The notes beneath the pieces were generated by a model, which was given only the letters and a program-made list of their open reading frames with translations, did not search any database and had not been told where the DNA came from. The position numbers were made by a program, and so were the translations under genes. From a virus: 64,000 nucleotides of DNA. Below, in pieces: positions 1-9,361 of this stretch (within the stretch, counting starts at the first letter, position 1; each line of letters begins with the position of its first letter). Location of the stretch: positions 21,368 to 85,367 of IMG/VR virus record IMGVR_UViG_3300044984_001421; one strand, given 5' to 3'.

Positions 1-1434
1 CTCGACCTTCTTCGCAGCCTCGGCATTACCCATGGATGGATTTTTTTCGAGCAGATCGATGACCTTCGCCGCCATCGTGGCGCTGCCGCCAAACAAGCCC
101 TTGGTTGCGGAAGCCATGGCGTTTTTACCCATGCCGCCGTACTGCGATTTCAGTTGCTTGATCAACTCCGGGCCGATCATCTTGCCGTTGCCCATCTTGC
201 CGGCAAAGCCGCCTTCAAGCGCCATTTCGATGTCGAACGGGTCGTCCGTGCCGTTTCTCGACATGACGTTGTAGATGAAGTTCTTGCCGGAGTCTCCCGC
301 GCGCCCACCAGCCCGCACAGATTCGTCGTAGCCGCCAAGGATGCCGGCCGCATTGGCGCGGATGCCCTTGTCGCTGCTGTTGAACAGCGCCAGCAGCCGG
401 CCGGTATAGCCAGCAACATTGCCGCCGTCGCCGATCATGCTTGCGCTTCTCTCGGCAAAGCGAATCATCGCCTCGGCCGCATCAGACTGACGCGCGCCAA
501 GGTTGCTGCCGGCCATGGCTTCGGCCAGCATCTGCGCCTGCTTCTTCGGATCGCCGCCACCCAAGCCAAGGAACGACATGCGCCCCATCATCGACGCGCC
601 TTGACTCGGGTCCAGACCGAACTGACGAGACAGCGCGATTCCGGCGCGCGTGCCGGACGCGATGCCGCCGCTGCCTGACACGCCGGATAGCTGCGCGAAC
701 GACTTCGACAGCGCCAGCGTCTCGTTGTATGTGACACCCAGCCCATCGCCAGCCGCGCGGATGTTTTCGCGGAAGTCTCCGAATTCCTCGTTGATGCCGT
801 AGACGCTGCGGCGAAGGTCGGACATGCCGAACGCTTCCTGCATTGACTGTTCGGCGTATTTGCTGGCAGCAGCCTGTAGCTTGCCGCCGATGGCCGCGCC
901 TATCATGGCACCGATCGGACCACCAGCCAGACCACCCATCGCGCCTCCCGCGATGCCGCCGATGTTGCCGCTCATCAAGCCACCCAGCGCTGCACCCATG
1001 CCTGGACCACCGTACCAGCCAGGACCGCCAGGACCGTGACCACTACCACCACCTCCGACACCGCCGCTCATCGCAGCGATGTTTCCGGCTTGCGATAACA
1101 CCGAGTCGATGTGCCGTTGCTGCGCGTGTTGATCCGGGAATTGACGTCCTACGTTCTGGTGCCATGAAATGGCGTCGCTGTACAGGCCAGCCTGCCGGCC
1201 AGAACGCAGCGCAGCGGCGGCGTTGCCGCGCACGGCGGTCGAGTACATCTGCTGCATGCCGGCGTTGATGTCGCGGACGTGCTGCTTGGCTGCGTCAAGC
1301 CCAGGCAGCATGTCCAGGTCCGACATCTTTTTGACTTCAAGCCCGAGGCGGCGAGCCTCGTCCATGATTTGCTTGAACGCGTTGACAGCCTGGTTCGGCT
1401 GCGCGTTGATACCGATTGAAACGTTCTGGCTCAT
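1..1434 (-). CDS. Tail tape measure protein, N-terminal part (runs off the window edge)
   Basis: Hand translation from ATG 1434 (MSQNVSIGINAQPNQAVNAFKQIMDEARRLG...) stays open to position 1; Gly/Ala-rich and helical; directly follows the tail chaperone pair. Confidence 0.8.
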   Translation of the reverse strand, partial: MSQNVSIGINAQPNQAVNAFKQIMDEARRLGLEVKKMSDLDMLPGLDAAKQHVRDINAGMQQMYSTAVRGNAAAALRSGRQAGLYSDAISWHQNVGRQFPDQHAQQRHIDSVLSQAGNIAAMSGGVGGGGSGHGPGGPGWYGGPGMGAALGGLMSGNIGGIAGGAMGGLAGGPIGAMIGAAIGGKLQAAASKYAEQSMQEAFGMSDLRRSVYGINEEFGDFRENIRAAGDGLGVTYNETLALSKSFAQLSGVSGSGGIASGTRAGIALSRQFGLDPSQGASMMGRMSFLGLGGGDPKKQAQMLAEAMAGSNLGARQSDAAEAMIRFAERSASMIGDGGNVAGYTGRLLALFNSSDKGIRANAAGILGGYDESVRAGGRAGDSGKNFIYNVMSRNGTDDPFDIEMALEGGFAGKMGNGKMIGPELIKQLKSQYGGMGKNAMASATKGLFGGSATMAAKVIDLLEKNPSMGNAEAAKKVE

Positions 1435-1725
1435 TTACACTTCCTCCCAATCGCCATCGTCGCCGTTCATGAACCGTTCGAAATCTTCGTCAAAATCAGG
1501 ATTCTCGAAGTCGTCTTCAAGCTTGCCGGCCCGGTGCAGATCGTCATAGTGCTGCGACCAATACTCGGTGAGGATTTCACCGATGGTCAGGTCAAGGTAG
1601 CGCGGATCATTGGCCGGCAGGTTGAACTGGCGGCGATACCACAGCGGTATGGTTCCCGCCTGCTCCCGCCCCGCTACCTTCGACAGACGCTCCACTTCCA
1701 GATCGAAATCGGGCCTCTGCGGCAC
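1435..1725 (-). CDS. Tail assembly chaperone C-terminal (gpT-like) frame, probably reached by frameshift
   Basis: WYRRQFNLPANDPRYLDLT motif with acidic tail; overlaps the upstream chaperone in the +1 frame; directly before the tape measure. Confidence 0.65.
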   Translation of the reverse strand: MPQRPDFDLEVERLSKVAGREQAGTIPLWYRRQFNLPANDPRYLDLTIGEILTEYWSQHYDDLHRAGKLEDDFENPDFDEDFERFMNGDDGDWEEV

Positions 1726-2002
1726 GTAGCGCGCCGTAGACCTCCAGGATTTTGCGGTAGGTGTCGTTGTCGTCGGGCTCCATCTCGTCCAGGTTCCAGC
1801 CGGCCGGCGCTTCAGCGGTCAAGGTCTTCAGCGTCGAGAACGCGGTGGCGAACATATCCAGCCATTGCGACGGGGTGGCGACGCCTTCGGTCAGCCGCGA
1901 ATACTCCGCGCCGATCTTGAACTCGTCGCGCATGACGCGTCGGCGGAAAGTGAAAGTGCCGACATTCGGCACCTCGATGGTGTGTTGGCGCTCGTTGCTC
2001 AT
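1607..2002 (-). CDS. Tail assembly chaperone (gpG-like)
   Basis: MSNERQHTIEV start after GAGGA RBS; size and position upstream of tape measure; conserved-looking part ends EARFR. Confidence 0.7.
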   Translation of the reverse strand: MSNERQHTIEVPNVGTFTFRRRVMRDEFKIGAEYSRLTEGVATPSQWLDMFATAFSTLKTLTAEAPAGWNLDEMEPDDNDTYRKILEVYGALRAAEARFRSGSGASVEGSGAGAGGNHTAVVSPPVQPAGQ

Positions 2003-2469
2003 GTTTTCCTCAGTAGTAGTTGTGCTTCGGCCTCTCGCCTGACTACAAGCCCGGCCAGCACCTTGCCGCCCGCCTTGTTCCATCGCCGTATCTCGAAAGC
2101 AGCAGCAGTCCAGTCACGCTGATTGACGCGACGCCGAAGGGTTGATATTTGAAGTTGACCAGCGCCAAGGTTGTAAGCGAAGTCGATCAGCGCGGCGAAC
2201 TTGAATGGCTGATCGTGAACGACAGGACACAGGCGAAGCACCGACTGCGCGCAGGATTCCAGTTCATGCATCAGCATGGAATCGGCCTGCGCCTTGGTGA
2301 TCGGCGTGTCGTTCATCTGCACGCGACGACCGTCGTTGTAGCGAGTGCTGCCAACCCCAATAGTCGGCACGCCGGCCGGGCAACGATAGGGGTAAATCAA
2401 CCCATCGCGCCCGAGGCGAGCCAAGCCCTCGAACTTGACGGCAAGCAGGACAGCGGCGTCAGGAACCAT
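1999..2469 (-). CDS. Endolysin, GH24 phage lysozyme
   Basis: KFEG...YRCPAGVPTIGVG, ALIDFAYNLG, RWNKAGGKVLAGLVVRREAE motifs. Confidence 0.92.
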   Translation of the reverse strand: MVPDAAVLLAVKFEGLARLGRDGLIYPYRCPAGVPTIGVGSTRYNDGRRVQMNDTPITKAQADSMLMHELESCAQSVLRLCPVVHDQPFKFAALIDFAYNLGAGQLQISTLRRRVNQRDWTAAAFEIRRWNKAGGKVLAGLVVRREAEAQLLLRKT

Positions 2470-2478
2470 CGCCGCCCA

Positions 2479-2958
2479 TCACTTAGAGCCTTTTTCGAGA
2501 ACTCTACCGAGGAACCAAAAATTCAGGATTGCAGACGCAATTGCCTTCTCTTCTGGCCCGAATGTATTCGCCAGCGCAATCAACGGCGGCGTGCCGGAAC
2601 TTACGGCCAGGCTGAATGCGGCAATCATGGCAGCCGGATAGAGAACCACCACCCATTGCAGGGTGATGATCGGCCGCATGATGGTGGACAACGCATCAGC
2701 CCACTTGACACCAGACTTCTCAGACTGACCCTTGATCGACTCGACCAATGCACCCATTGCCCCAGTGTTCCAGGCAGAATCTGCGGCCGCGCCAATCTCA
2801 GCCATCTTCTGTGCGCCGCGCGTCTTCTCGAATTCAAGCGCCTTGTCCTGCATCGCCAGTTCGTGCTTGCGCTCGTTCTTGGCATCAAGCATCTTGAAGA
2901 CTTCCGGAGCGAGCCGGAAGACACCGCCGAGCAAACCTCCCAGTAGCGTTTCCAGCAT
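2479..2958 (-). CDS. Holin-like membrane protein
   Basis: Hydrophobic N-terminus, ERKHELAM, MRPIIT plus transmembrane segments and FWFLGR; adjacent to lysozyme. Confidence 0.65.
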   Translation of the reverse strand: MLETLLGGLLGGVFRLAPEVFKMLDAKNERKHELAMQDKALEFEKTRGAQKMAEIGAAADSAWNTGAMGALVESIKGQSEKSGVKWADALSTIMRPIITLQWVVVLYPAAMIAAFSLAVSSGTPPLIALANTFGPEEKAIASAILNFWFLGRVLEKGSK

Positions 2959-2960
2959 GA

Positions 2961-3386
2961 TCAGAACCCGGTGCCCTGGACGTCGCGCGCCTTGAACTGC
3001 GCGGTGCCGGATACGATCTGGTGCTTCTGCACGTCGATGTCGCCGGAGTCGAAGACGCAGCCGATGTACTTGCGCAGCACCGAACCGTCGTCCTTGTCCT
3101 GGATCAGAATGTCGAACTCGACGCCTTTCAGCGCTGCGTCGCCGTTTTCCGGGATCAGGCCGGCACCTTGCAGACTGGCGTTCTTGAACTTCAACTGAGT
3201 CAGCGACAGGGTATGGTTCGCTACGGTCGGGACGAATTCCTGGACATGGATATCACCAATGCCACTGGCTCCTTCCATGCCGTATCCGTCAGACGAGCGG
3301 CAGGATTGCGCCATGCCGACTGTGGTGCCGTCGAGTTTGACGATAACGCGGTTGCCGGTGCGGGCATTTGCGCGGGTAGTTGCCAT
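2961..3386 (-). CDS. Tail tube protein
   Basis: 141 aa beta-rich protein (TGNRVIVKLDG...GIGDIHVQEFVP) directly downstream of the sheath; AAGGAG RBS. Confidence 0.8.
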   Translation of the reverse strand: MATTRANARTGNRVIVKLDGTTVGMAQSCRSSDGYGMEGASGIGDIHVQEFVPTVANHTLSLTQLKFKNASLQGAGLIPENGDAALKGVEFDILIQDKDDGSVLRKYIGCVFDSGDIDVQKHQIVSGTAQFKARDVQGTGF

Positions 3387-3429
3387 GATGCGGTCTCCTT
3401 GGGTATCAGGGTCTTTTCGATACCGTCAA

Positions 3430-3444
3430 GAATTGCGTCACGAC
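3430..3444 (-). promoter_or_regulatory. Putative late promoter GTCGTGACG-CAATTCT for the tube/lysis/tape measure operon
   Basis: Matches the motif repeated in front of many late genes; follows a terminator. Confidence 0.7.
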
Positions 3445-3449
3445 TAAAG

Positions 3450-3478
3450 CAAAACGGGCCGCGTTGTGCGGCCCGTTG
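3450..3478 (-). terminator. Intrinsic terminator after the sheath gene
   Basis: AACGGGCCGC-ACAAC-GCGGCCCGTT hairpin followed by T residues on the minus strand. Confidence 0.75.
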
Positions 3479-3498
3479 GTTGCTGCGAATTGCGCTGG

Positions 3499-5211
3499 TT
3501 ACACAGAGACAGACCCCGAGTAGGGCACGGCGTGCAGCACGCAGAGGATGTAGTTCAGCGGAATCACCGGGCTGCACTCGAACTCAATCCGCATCACATC
3601 GCCATCCAGCGAAACCTGGATGTTTTTGTAGGCCGGATTGATTTCGTCGCCCGCCAGTACGCCCGGTCCCATCGGTTCCGGTCGCGCCAGTTCGCGCAAG
3701 GTCGATTCGACGCGAGCGCCTGCTTCCGCCAGGATTGCCGGCGTTCCCTTGGAGCCACGCAGATCGTCTACCGCGTTGCGGACATTGCGCGCAGTGAAGT
3801 CGACCGCGAAGCCGGTGGAGACTTCGACCCGGTTGTAGTTGTCGTTGATGCGCCAGGTGCTGATCGACTTCACCACCTTGTAGCCGCGCGCCGTTTCTTC
3901 GATACACAGCACGCCGGACAGGATCAGGTCGTCGGTATCGGTCGGGTTACGCAGTTTGGTTTCCATGCCGCGTACCTTCAGCGCCTTGTTCGTCAACGAT
4001 GTGCCAGGATTGCTGCCTGCGAACGCCGCCGCGACCATCGCAGCAGTCATGTAGCTGGGATACAGCGTCAGCGCGCCGACATTGTCGTAGTCGTAGAAGC
4101 CGGGGTAGCACTGGCTGGTGCGATCGCTGTTCAGCGCCTTGGCTGCCGCCTTGGCTTCGGCGATTGTCTGGCCTGCAGCGCCACCGACAAGGCAACGACG
4201 TTCCATGCGGGCAACGTTGGACATGAACGTGCAATGCGTGTCGGCCTGGGCATGAATACTGACATCCGATGTCAGCGGCACTACCCATTGCACATCTTCC
4301 GATTGCAACGTGGTGAAAGCGGCTGCCCATTCGGTCGATGTCGTGGTGCCATTGGAACCGCCAGCCAGGTAGGTCCAGGCGACGTTATCCGGCACGACGC
4401 CGACGCTGGCCTGTCTGGTGGCGGTGACGTAGCCCTCGCCGTAGCCGTTGAACCAGTCAACAATCGCTTGCAGGTTAGCGGTGGCGGTGACGGTGGCGGT
4501 CTTGACGTCGACGTTGCTGGCGTAATCAAGACCGTTCAAAACCACTTTTTCATCATTGCCATCGAGCACCACAGCGGTGAAGCTGGACACCGAATTGATG
4601 CGGTCAACCAGTTTGCGCACGCTGTTGTAGGTGGCGAGGTCGATCGTGGCAACGACTGTTGAGTTCGGCGCTTCCAGCGTCAACGTGGTGCCGGTGATGC
4701 TCATGCGGGAGGTCGCTTGTGCGCCGGTGTAATGCACCGAGAAGGCGTCGCGGTAAACGTCATCCTGGCTGTAGTAGTCGTTGCCGACTTGCGTACTCAG
4801 ACGCTTGCCCTTGTTGGTGGCAGTCTCGACCTTGGCCTTTATCTCGTTGGTCCACAGTCCGTAATCGGTGGATTGCAGGTTGATGATGTTGGTGGCGCTG
4901 GCCTTCAGCATCAGCGCAGCCTGCACGGCAGGGTTAGCGCGAACAGCCATGACCGTACTCGGCGCGAAGGTCTGCGGAGACGGGTCAAAGGCGCGCTCAA
5001 CCGCATCCAACAGAGGACCGCTGCGCAGCATGGCGCGAGCTTCGCTGGGCGATCCAAACTTGAGCGGCGTGTTCGGTGCGCCACCTTCTGAAGTTCCAAC
5101 CAGGGCAAGGACATTCGCCACAGTCAGGTTTTTGTTGCGCATGGCGGAATCATCCACCAGCGAGGAAGTTGCGGGAGAAACCAGCAGTCGTCCGTTGAAA
5201 AATACGCTCAT
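3499..5211 (-). CDS. Contractile tail sheath protein
   Basis: 570 aa; sheath-type C-terminus (...IQVSLDGDVMRIEFECSPVIPLNYI) and LAGGSNGT motif; upstream of the tube. Confidence 0.9.
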   Translation of the reverse strand: MSVFFNGRLLVSPATSSLVDDSAMRNKNLTVANVLALVGTSEGGAPNTPLKFGSPSEARAMLRSGPLLDAVERAFDPSPQTFAPSTVMAVRANPAVQAALMLKASATNIINLQSTDYGLWTNEIKAKVETATNKGKRLSTQVGNDYYSQDDVYRDAFSVHYTGAQATSRMSITGTTLTLEAPNSTVVATIDLATYNSVRKLVDRINSVSSFTAVVLDGNDEKVVLNGLDYASNVDVKTATVTATANLQAIVDWFNGYGEGYVTATRQASVGVVPDNVAWTYLAGGSNGTTTSTEWAAAFTTLQSEDVQWVVPLTSDVSIHAQADTHCTFMSNVARMERRCLVGGAAGQTIAEAKAAAKALNSDRTSQCYPGFYDYDNVGALTLYPSYMTAAMVAAAFAGSNPGTSLTNKALKVRGMETKLRNPTDTDDLILSGVLCIEETARGYKVVKSISTWRINDNYNRVEVSTGFAVDFTARNVRNAVDDLRGSKGTPAILAEAGARVESTLRELARPEPMGPGVLAGDEINPAYKNIQVSLDGDVMRIEFECSPVIPLNYILCVLHAVPYSGSVSV

Positions 5212-5224
5212 TTCATGCTCCCGA

Positions 5225-5449
5225 TCAGTTTACAGGGCGGTCAGCGTACTCGGCGAAGGCGCGGAGGAAGCCCACGTCAACGTCCTTGTTATGCCCGCGT
5301 TTTTTTGCATCGGCGAAAAAACCGCCGATCAGTTCCACGCGCTTGTCGGTCTTCGACAGGCGTGCGCAGAACTCGTCCAACGTCAGTGATTCCGCCGCGA
5401 TTTCATCGACGGGGTTCTTGACGTCGGCTTTTCCTTCCGATTTGCTCAT
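5225..5449 (-). CDS. Small hypothetical virion-module protein
   Basis: AAGGAG RBS; 74 aa; lies between neck genes and sheath. Confidence 0.6.
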   Translation of the reverse strand: MSKSEGKADVKNPVDEIAAESLTLDEFCARLSKTDKRVELIGGFFADAKKRGHNKDVDVGFLRAFAEYADRPVN

Positions 5450-5461
5450 TGCTTTATCTCC

Positions 5462-6304
5462 TTACGGATTGATTGCTGTGGCGACGACCGGGATATCCGA
5501 AATCGTCAAGTAATCGCTGTTGCCAACGACGTTTGAGGTTGTCACGCACGAAAACTGCGAGGACGTCATGTACACAGGCGCGCTATAGCTCTCGTAATCA
5601 TTCGAGTCAGCAGACGGGGAGAAGGTCACTTCATACATTCCGTTGGCATTGAAAAGCGGGATGTTTGCGACCACGATGCGCTCAATCTCCCGGCGCAGCG
5701 TGATGCGCTCATCCGGATTCAATGCCCACCCGACAATGTGCAGCGATACCCTGCTGATCCAGCCGTCCTCGTCGCCTTGATCAAAAGAAATCGCGTCGCC
5801 CTGCCCTATCTGCGCGCCAACACTGTTTGCATCAGGCGCACCCCCGGCGAACTCGACCGTCACAACAGGCCACGCAACATCAGACGCAAGAGGCGGCGAA
5901 TTCAATACCTGAATTTTCCCGCGTGAGTGCGTCATCCGTCCGCGCGCAATCGAATCCTGCAGTCCGTAGTCGAGACGGTCGCGCATGACAGAAAGCGGGT
6001 CCGGGAAATCAATCGTGTAAGTGGACGCTGGGACCACGCTCGTCGCCGTCTCCGTCGTCCAGGACGTTCCATCAAAGAAGAACGGCTGGTAGAAGTAGGT
6101 CGTTCCATTGACCAGCGCAGAGTCATCCAGAACCACTAGCTCGGTTCCGGAATGGATGACAGACGCGGTCGGGTCATTGTGCGCGACGATGTCGTTTGTT
6201 TTTTTGCGCAGCAGCACCCAATTCACCGCGCCAGACGGCGGGCGCAGGAAAAGCCGAACGGCATTCCCGATAGGAAGTGGGTCAGTGAACCAGATTGAAG
6301 GCAT
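5462..6304 (-). CDS. Neck or tail-terminator-like protein with an N-terminal Fn3-like domain
   Basis: LVNGTTYFY is Fn3-like; WPVVTV...SLHIVGWALNPDER is terminator-like; position before the sheath. Confidence 0.55.
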   Translation of the reverse strand: MPSIWFTDPLPIGNAVRLFLRPPSGAVNWVLLRKKTNDIVAHNDPTASVIHSGTELVVLDDSALVNGTTYFYQPFFFDGTSWTTETATSVVPASTYTIDFPDPLSVMRDRLDYGLQDSIARGRMTHSRGKIQVLNSPPLASDVAWPVVTVEFAGGAPDANSVGAQIGQGDAISFDQGDEDGWISRVSLHIVGWALNPDERITLRREIERIVVANIPLFNANGMYEVTFSPSADSNDYESYSAPVYMTSSQFSCVTTSNVVGNSDYLTISDIPVVATAINP

Positions 6305-6310
6305 GACAGA

Positions 6311-6326
6311 ATCATGCCGTCACGAC
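6311..6326 (-). promoter_or_regulatory. Putative late promoter, leaderless (ATG 6304 at predicted +1)
   Basis: GTCGTGACG-GCATGAT-TCTGTC-ATG. Confidence 0.7.
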
Positions 6327-6329
6327 CAG

Positions 6330-7109
6330 CTAAGGCAATACAACCATCTGAGCGAAGTTCTGCATGAACTTCTGCTCCACTCCGCTCGCCAGGTCTCGCG
6401 CGATGTTCAACCCAGGTGTGGCGCGCACTATCCACTTCCCAGTCTGATCCTCTCGCATGACGCGGAAGGTCAGATAGGCGGACGACTTCGACTTACCTGT
6501 TGACGTGTTGAAACGAACCATGCCGGCATGAATGTCTGTCGTGTGGTGAGGCTTCAGCTTTTGAGTCAGGCCAGCCGGCAATCTACCGCCCCACTTGTAG
6601 ACACTCTGCGGCACGGTCGCGCCGGTAGCGGACAATCGTGTCTTCTTTCCGATAACAGAAGACTGAACGAGCTTCTTTGCCTGATCGTAAACATGCTTCG
6701 GCATAGCCAGCGCCAGCGCGCCATGGCCGGGCGTATTGTGACGAAACGGGATGATCAGGTACTTCTTGCCGGCCTTGGTCTGCCGCGTGCGCTGCGATGT
6801 CTGCAGCATGACCTTCAAGTCCCGCTCAGGGAAGCCAGACTCTATGCCAGAAACAGTTTTGTCTTCACTCGATACAAGCGCCGATGTGTTTCCGGTCATC
6901 CGCCACTTAATCGAGTCGATTGCTGCCTTCTTCCCATCCTCACGCACGCCAGGCGCGTGATATATGGCGAGTTGCCATGCCGTCGCAGTTTCTGCCGCCG
7001 TCTTTTCGACTGCATTCGAAACCGACTGCATCACGTCCTGAAGCATGACATCAGCCAGAGCACCAAGGTGCGTCAGGTCAATGTCGACTTTGAATGTGGC
7101 TTGCATCAC
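6330..7109 (-). CDS. Neck or tail completion protein
   Basis: Basic protein with IESG..RDLK, YLIIPFRH and YLTFRVM motifs; in the neck gene cluster. Confidence 0.55.
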   Translation of the reverse strand: MMQATFKVDIDLTHLGALADVMLQDVMQSVSNAVEKTAAETATAWQLAIYHAPGVREDGKKAAIDSIKWRMTGNTSALVSSEDKTVSGIESGFPERDLKVMLQTSQRTRQTKAGKKYLIIPFRHNTPGHGALALAMPKHVYDQAKKLVQSSVIGKKTRLSATGATVPQSVYKWGGRLPAGLTQKLKPHHTTDIHAGMVRFNTSTGKSKSSAYLTFRVMREDQTGKWIVRATPGLNIARDLASGVEQKFMQNFAQMVVLP

Positions 7110-7732
7110 CGACCGAACAGGTCAAATCGCCTGACGACAACCCGCCTGGGTAACGGCAATCCACCATGGTGAGCACGCTCTGTCGGGAGTTCCTGAAAGA
7201 CGAAATAGTCCGGATTCCAACGACCAGTCACCGTGTATTTTGTTCCCGCTGCCGGCTGCGGATCGACACCCCAGTCAATCTGTGAATTAACGATTGCACG
7301 CGCCGTTGAGTCCACAATCGTCGCGCCACTGATCCAAAAAACGCGATCAATTGAGTCTGGCGTGAACTGGATGTCATCCAGAACGCCTCTCTCCAAGATT
7401 ACGCTGAATGGCTGGGTTGCTTCAATCAGCCGAACAATGTCGAATTGGCCCATCGCATACAGCGGAGAGTCAGACGGCAGCGTCAACAACAGGTCGCCCG
7501 CCTCAAATATGCCAAAGGCGGCATATTGACGCTTTGAATGCATGCTCGATACGCCGACACGTCCAGCGACTGAAGTCTGCCAAATGCGGCCTTTGCCGGC
7601 ACAGTGTGGGCATGTCGTGCTGGCAGCGCCGGAATGGGGAGAAACGCACGGACAAGCATCTGACTTGCTCCATAGCGTGTCCTGCCCGATTCCAGCCAGA
7701 AATCCATTGAAGGCAATCGGTGATAACTTCAA
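7106..7732 (-). CDS. Head closure or neck protein with a Zn-binding CPC...CxxCxGxG motif
   Basis: CPCVS...CPHCAGKG motif; neck cluster position. Confidence 0.55.
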   Translation of the reverse strand: MKLSPIAFNGFLAGIGQDTLWSKSDACPCVSPHSGAASTTCPHCAGKGRIWQTSVAGRVGVSSMHSKRQYAAFGIFEAGDLLLTLPSDSPLYAMGQFDIVRLIEATQPFSVILERGVLDDIQFTPDSIDRVFWISGATIVDSTARAIVNSQIDWGVDPQPAAGTKYTVTGRWNPDYFVFQELPTERAHHGGLPLPRRVVVRRFDLFGR

Positions 7733-7944
7733 CTTGCGACCCCCAATGGGCGAGCATCTTCCATGTCGAAACGCTTGGTCAACGTCTCGACTGGTTCTGC
7801 AATCCCATTCCCAAGGTAACGATAGACGATTCCGTCACGGACAAATAGGTCGCCTGGGGAAAGTACCAGCCGGTTATCTTGATCCATTTCTTGCCCTTGC
7901 ATCAACACGCTTCTGCCAGTCTTGTAGGCAATCCGGGAAGGCAT
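7729..7944 (-). CDS. Small hypothetical protein (start uncertain)
   Basis: Fills the gap in the operon and overlaps the start of the next gene. Confidence 0.4.
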   Translation of the reverse strand: MPSRIAYKTGRSVLMQGQEMDQDNRLVLSPGDLFVRDGIVYRYLGNGIAEPVETLTKRFDMEDARPLGVAS

Positions 7945-8140
7945 CGCAACTCTTCATCTGCTGTCCGTGATGACTGAACTCGCATGCCTGACAAAACACT
8001 TGCAATGGTTCGCGCCGTAGCTTTTGCGCTTCGAGTGCTTGTTTAAGGTCAAGCGCCTCCCTGAACTGGGCCTGGTCGCACTCGTCCATGACATCGCGGA
8101 ATGTCCCGTTGTCTTGGTCTTCAATCATACGAACATGCAC
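7874..8140 (-). CDS. Small Cys-containing protein (DksA/TraR-like Zn finger possible; start may be MDECD)
   Basis: MDECDQAQFREALDL...CQAC...C...DCLQDWQKR pattern. Confidence 0.45.
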   Translation of the reverse strand: MHVRMIEDQDNGTFRDVMDECDQAQFREALDLKQALEAQKLRREPLQVFCQACEFSHHGQQMKSCDAFPDCLQDWQKRVDARARNGSR

Positions 8141-8907
8141 CTGATACCGTGGATCGCATCCCGCAACGCGTCCAGCTTGTCATCGATGCCATCGTGCAAC
8201 TTCTGGGTATCAACAGAAGTGCTCTGAGACAACCCATCCGCAGAAATAGAACCAGACTGCGGGAAGAACATGCCGTCAATGATGCGCAGCAGCGCCATCT
8301 TCTTGATGACATCCAGCAGGTCCGGATAGTTGTTCACGGCATCAGTCAATCCAGCCGTATAGCGAATCCTGACCATGTGCGGAACAGATCGCCCGCCGCC
8401 AATGATCTGCATCAGGTGCATGGCAATCGGCGTCGCCATCGATGCGCCGGTCGGTACGATGCGAATTTGTCCGTATTTGCGATCCATGCGTATCCAGTCG
8501 GCGGCGATGTCGAACGGGTGCGATGCGACAGCGGGGAAAACCATCTGAATGCTTTGCACGGCGATGATCGGCTTCTGGCGAGTTACGATAAAGCCCCACT
8601 TGTCGTTCTGGAACATATCTGGCTCGTAGTCATACGCAGCCTCGACCAGATGTGGGACGGTCGTGGTGACCGGCTCCGGGCCATCGCTCACCGTAGTCAG
8701 CGCGGCTATTTCGTCATCTGTCGGGTCGCCAGCAAATATCTGCGTCGGCTCGAACAGCACGCGCAACTGACGCGACGCATCCGCCTCTGCGGCTTTGTAC
8801 TGCGACCATAGGAAGCCCGCTTCATACGAACTTGGCATGGGCATAGCCATGCGGTTCAGAGAGGCTTGTAGCGCGGTTTCTGCATCAATTTGTGAAAGTA
8901 GCGGCAT
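8125..8907 (-). CDS. Head-tail adaptor (neck) protein
   Basis: VRIRYTAGL...YPDLLDVIKK and SISADGLSQS motifs; first gene after the capsid block. Confidence 0.65.
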   Translation of the reverse strand: MPLLSQIDAETALQASLNRMAMPMPSSYEAGFLWSQYKAAEADASRQLRVLFEPTQIFAGDPTDDEIAALTTVSDGPEPVTTTVPHLVEAAYDYEPDMFQNDKWGFIVTRQKPIIAVQSIQMVFPAVASHPFDIAADWIRMDRKYGQIRIVPTGASMATPIAMHLMQIIGGGRSVPHMVRIRYTAGLTDAVNNYPDLLDVIKKMALLRIIDGMFFPQSGSISADGLSQSTSVDTQKLHDGIDDKLDALRDAIHGIRCMFV

Positions 8908-8913
8908 ACGAAC

Positions 8914-8929
8914 ATCCTTTCGTCACGAC
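8914..8929 (-). promoter_or_regulatory. Putative late promoter, leaderless (ATG 8907 at predicted +1)
   Basis: GTCGTGACG-AAAGGAT-GTTCGT-ATG. Confidence 0.7.
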
Positions 8930-8933
8930 AAAC

Positions 8934-8962
8934 AAAAAGGGCCACCGAAGTGGCCCTTTTTT
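8934..8962. terminator. Bidirectional intrinsic terminator
   Basis: AAAAAGGGCCAC-CGAA-GTGGCCCTTTTT. Confidence 0.85.
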
Positions 8963-8975
8963 GTGAGCTTGCGGA

Positions 8976-9176
8976 TTAACGCTCGCTCAAGGTTTTGACG
9001 CTATGTGCCGACACAAACGTGGTCGCTGTAACGCCACCGTCCAGGTCAAGCTTCGCCATCGCAGCGTTGTGCGCCACGATCAGCTCGTCAATAACATCAC
9101 CAAGCTTCACCTTTGCTGCTGTGGGAGACATTCTGTTCAGGTCAGATTTGAAATTGCGTTTCGGCATATCCATCAC
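8976..9176 (-). CDS. Small hypothetical protein (possible head decoration)
   Basis: 66 aa; translationally coupled; downstream of the capsid gene. Confidence 0.55.
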   Translation of the reverse strand: MMDMPKRNFKSDLNRMSPTAAKVKLGDVIDELIVAHNAAMAKLDLDGGVTATTFVSAHSVKTLSER

Positions 9177-9361
9177 TCACCGCCTTTCTTTTTTGTGGCA
9201 GGCTTTTCTTCAACGGGTTCAAGCGTGTAGCCCGGTATTCCATTGAATTGAGCAGCCGCGTCATCTTCCATCACCGACTCAACGCCACCTTCAACGGATT
9301 CGAACTCGATGCCGTTGATGTTGGTGGACGCATTCGGTAACTTGCATGTTACTTTGATCAT
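9173..9361 (-). CDS. Small hypothetical protein
   Basis: AAAGGAG RBS; ATGA overlap with the upstream gene. Confidence 0.6.
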   Translation of the reverse strand: MIKVTCKLPNASTNINGIEFESVEGGVESVMEDDAAAQFNGIPGYTLEPVEEKPATKKKGGE

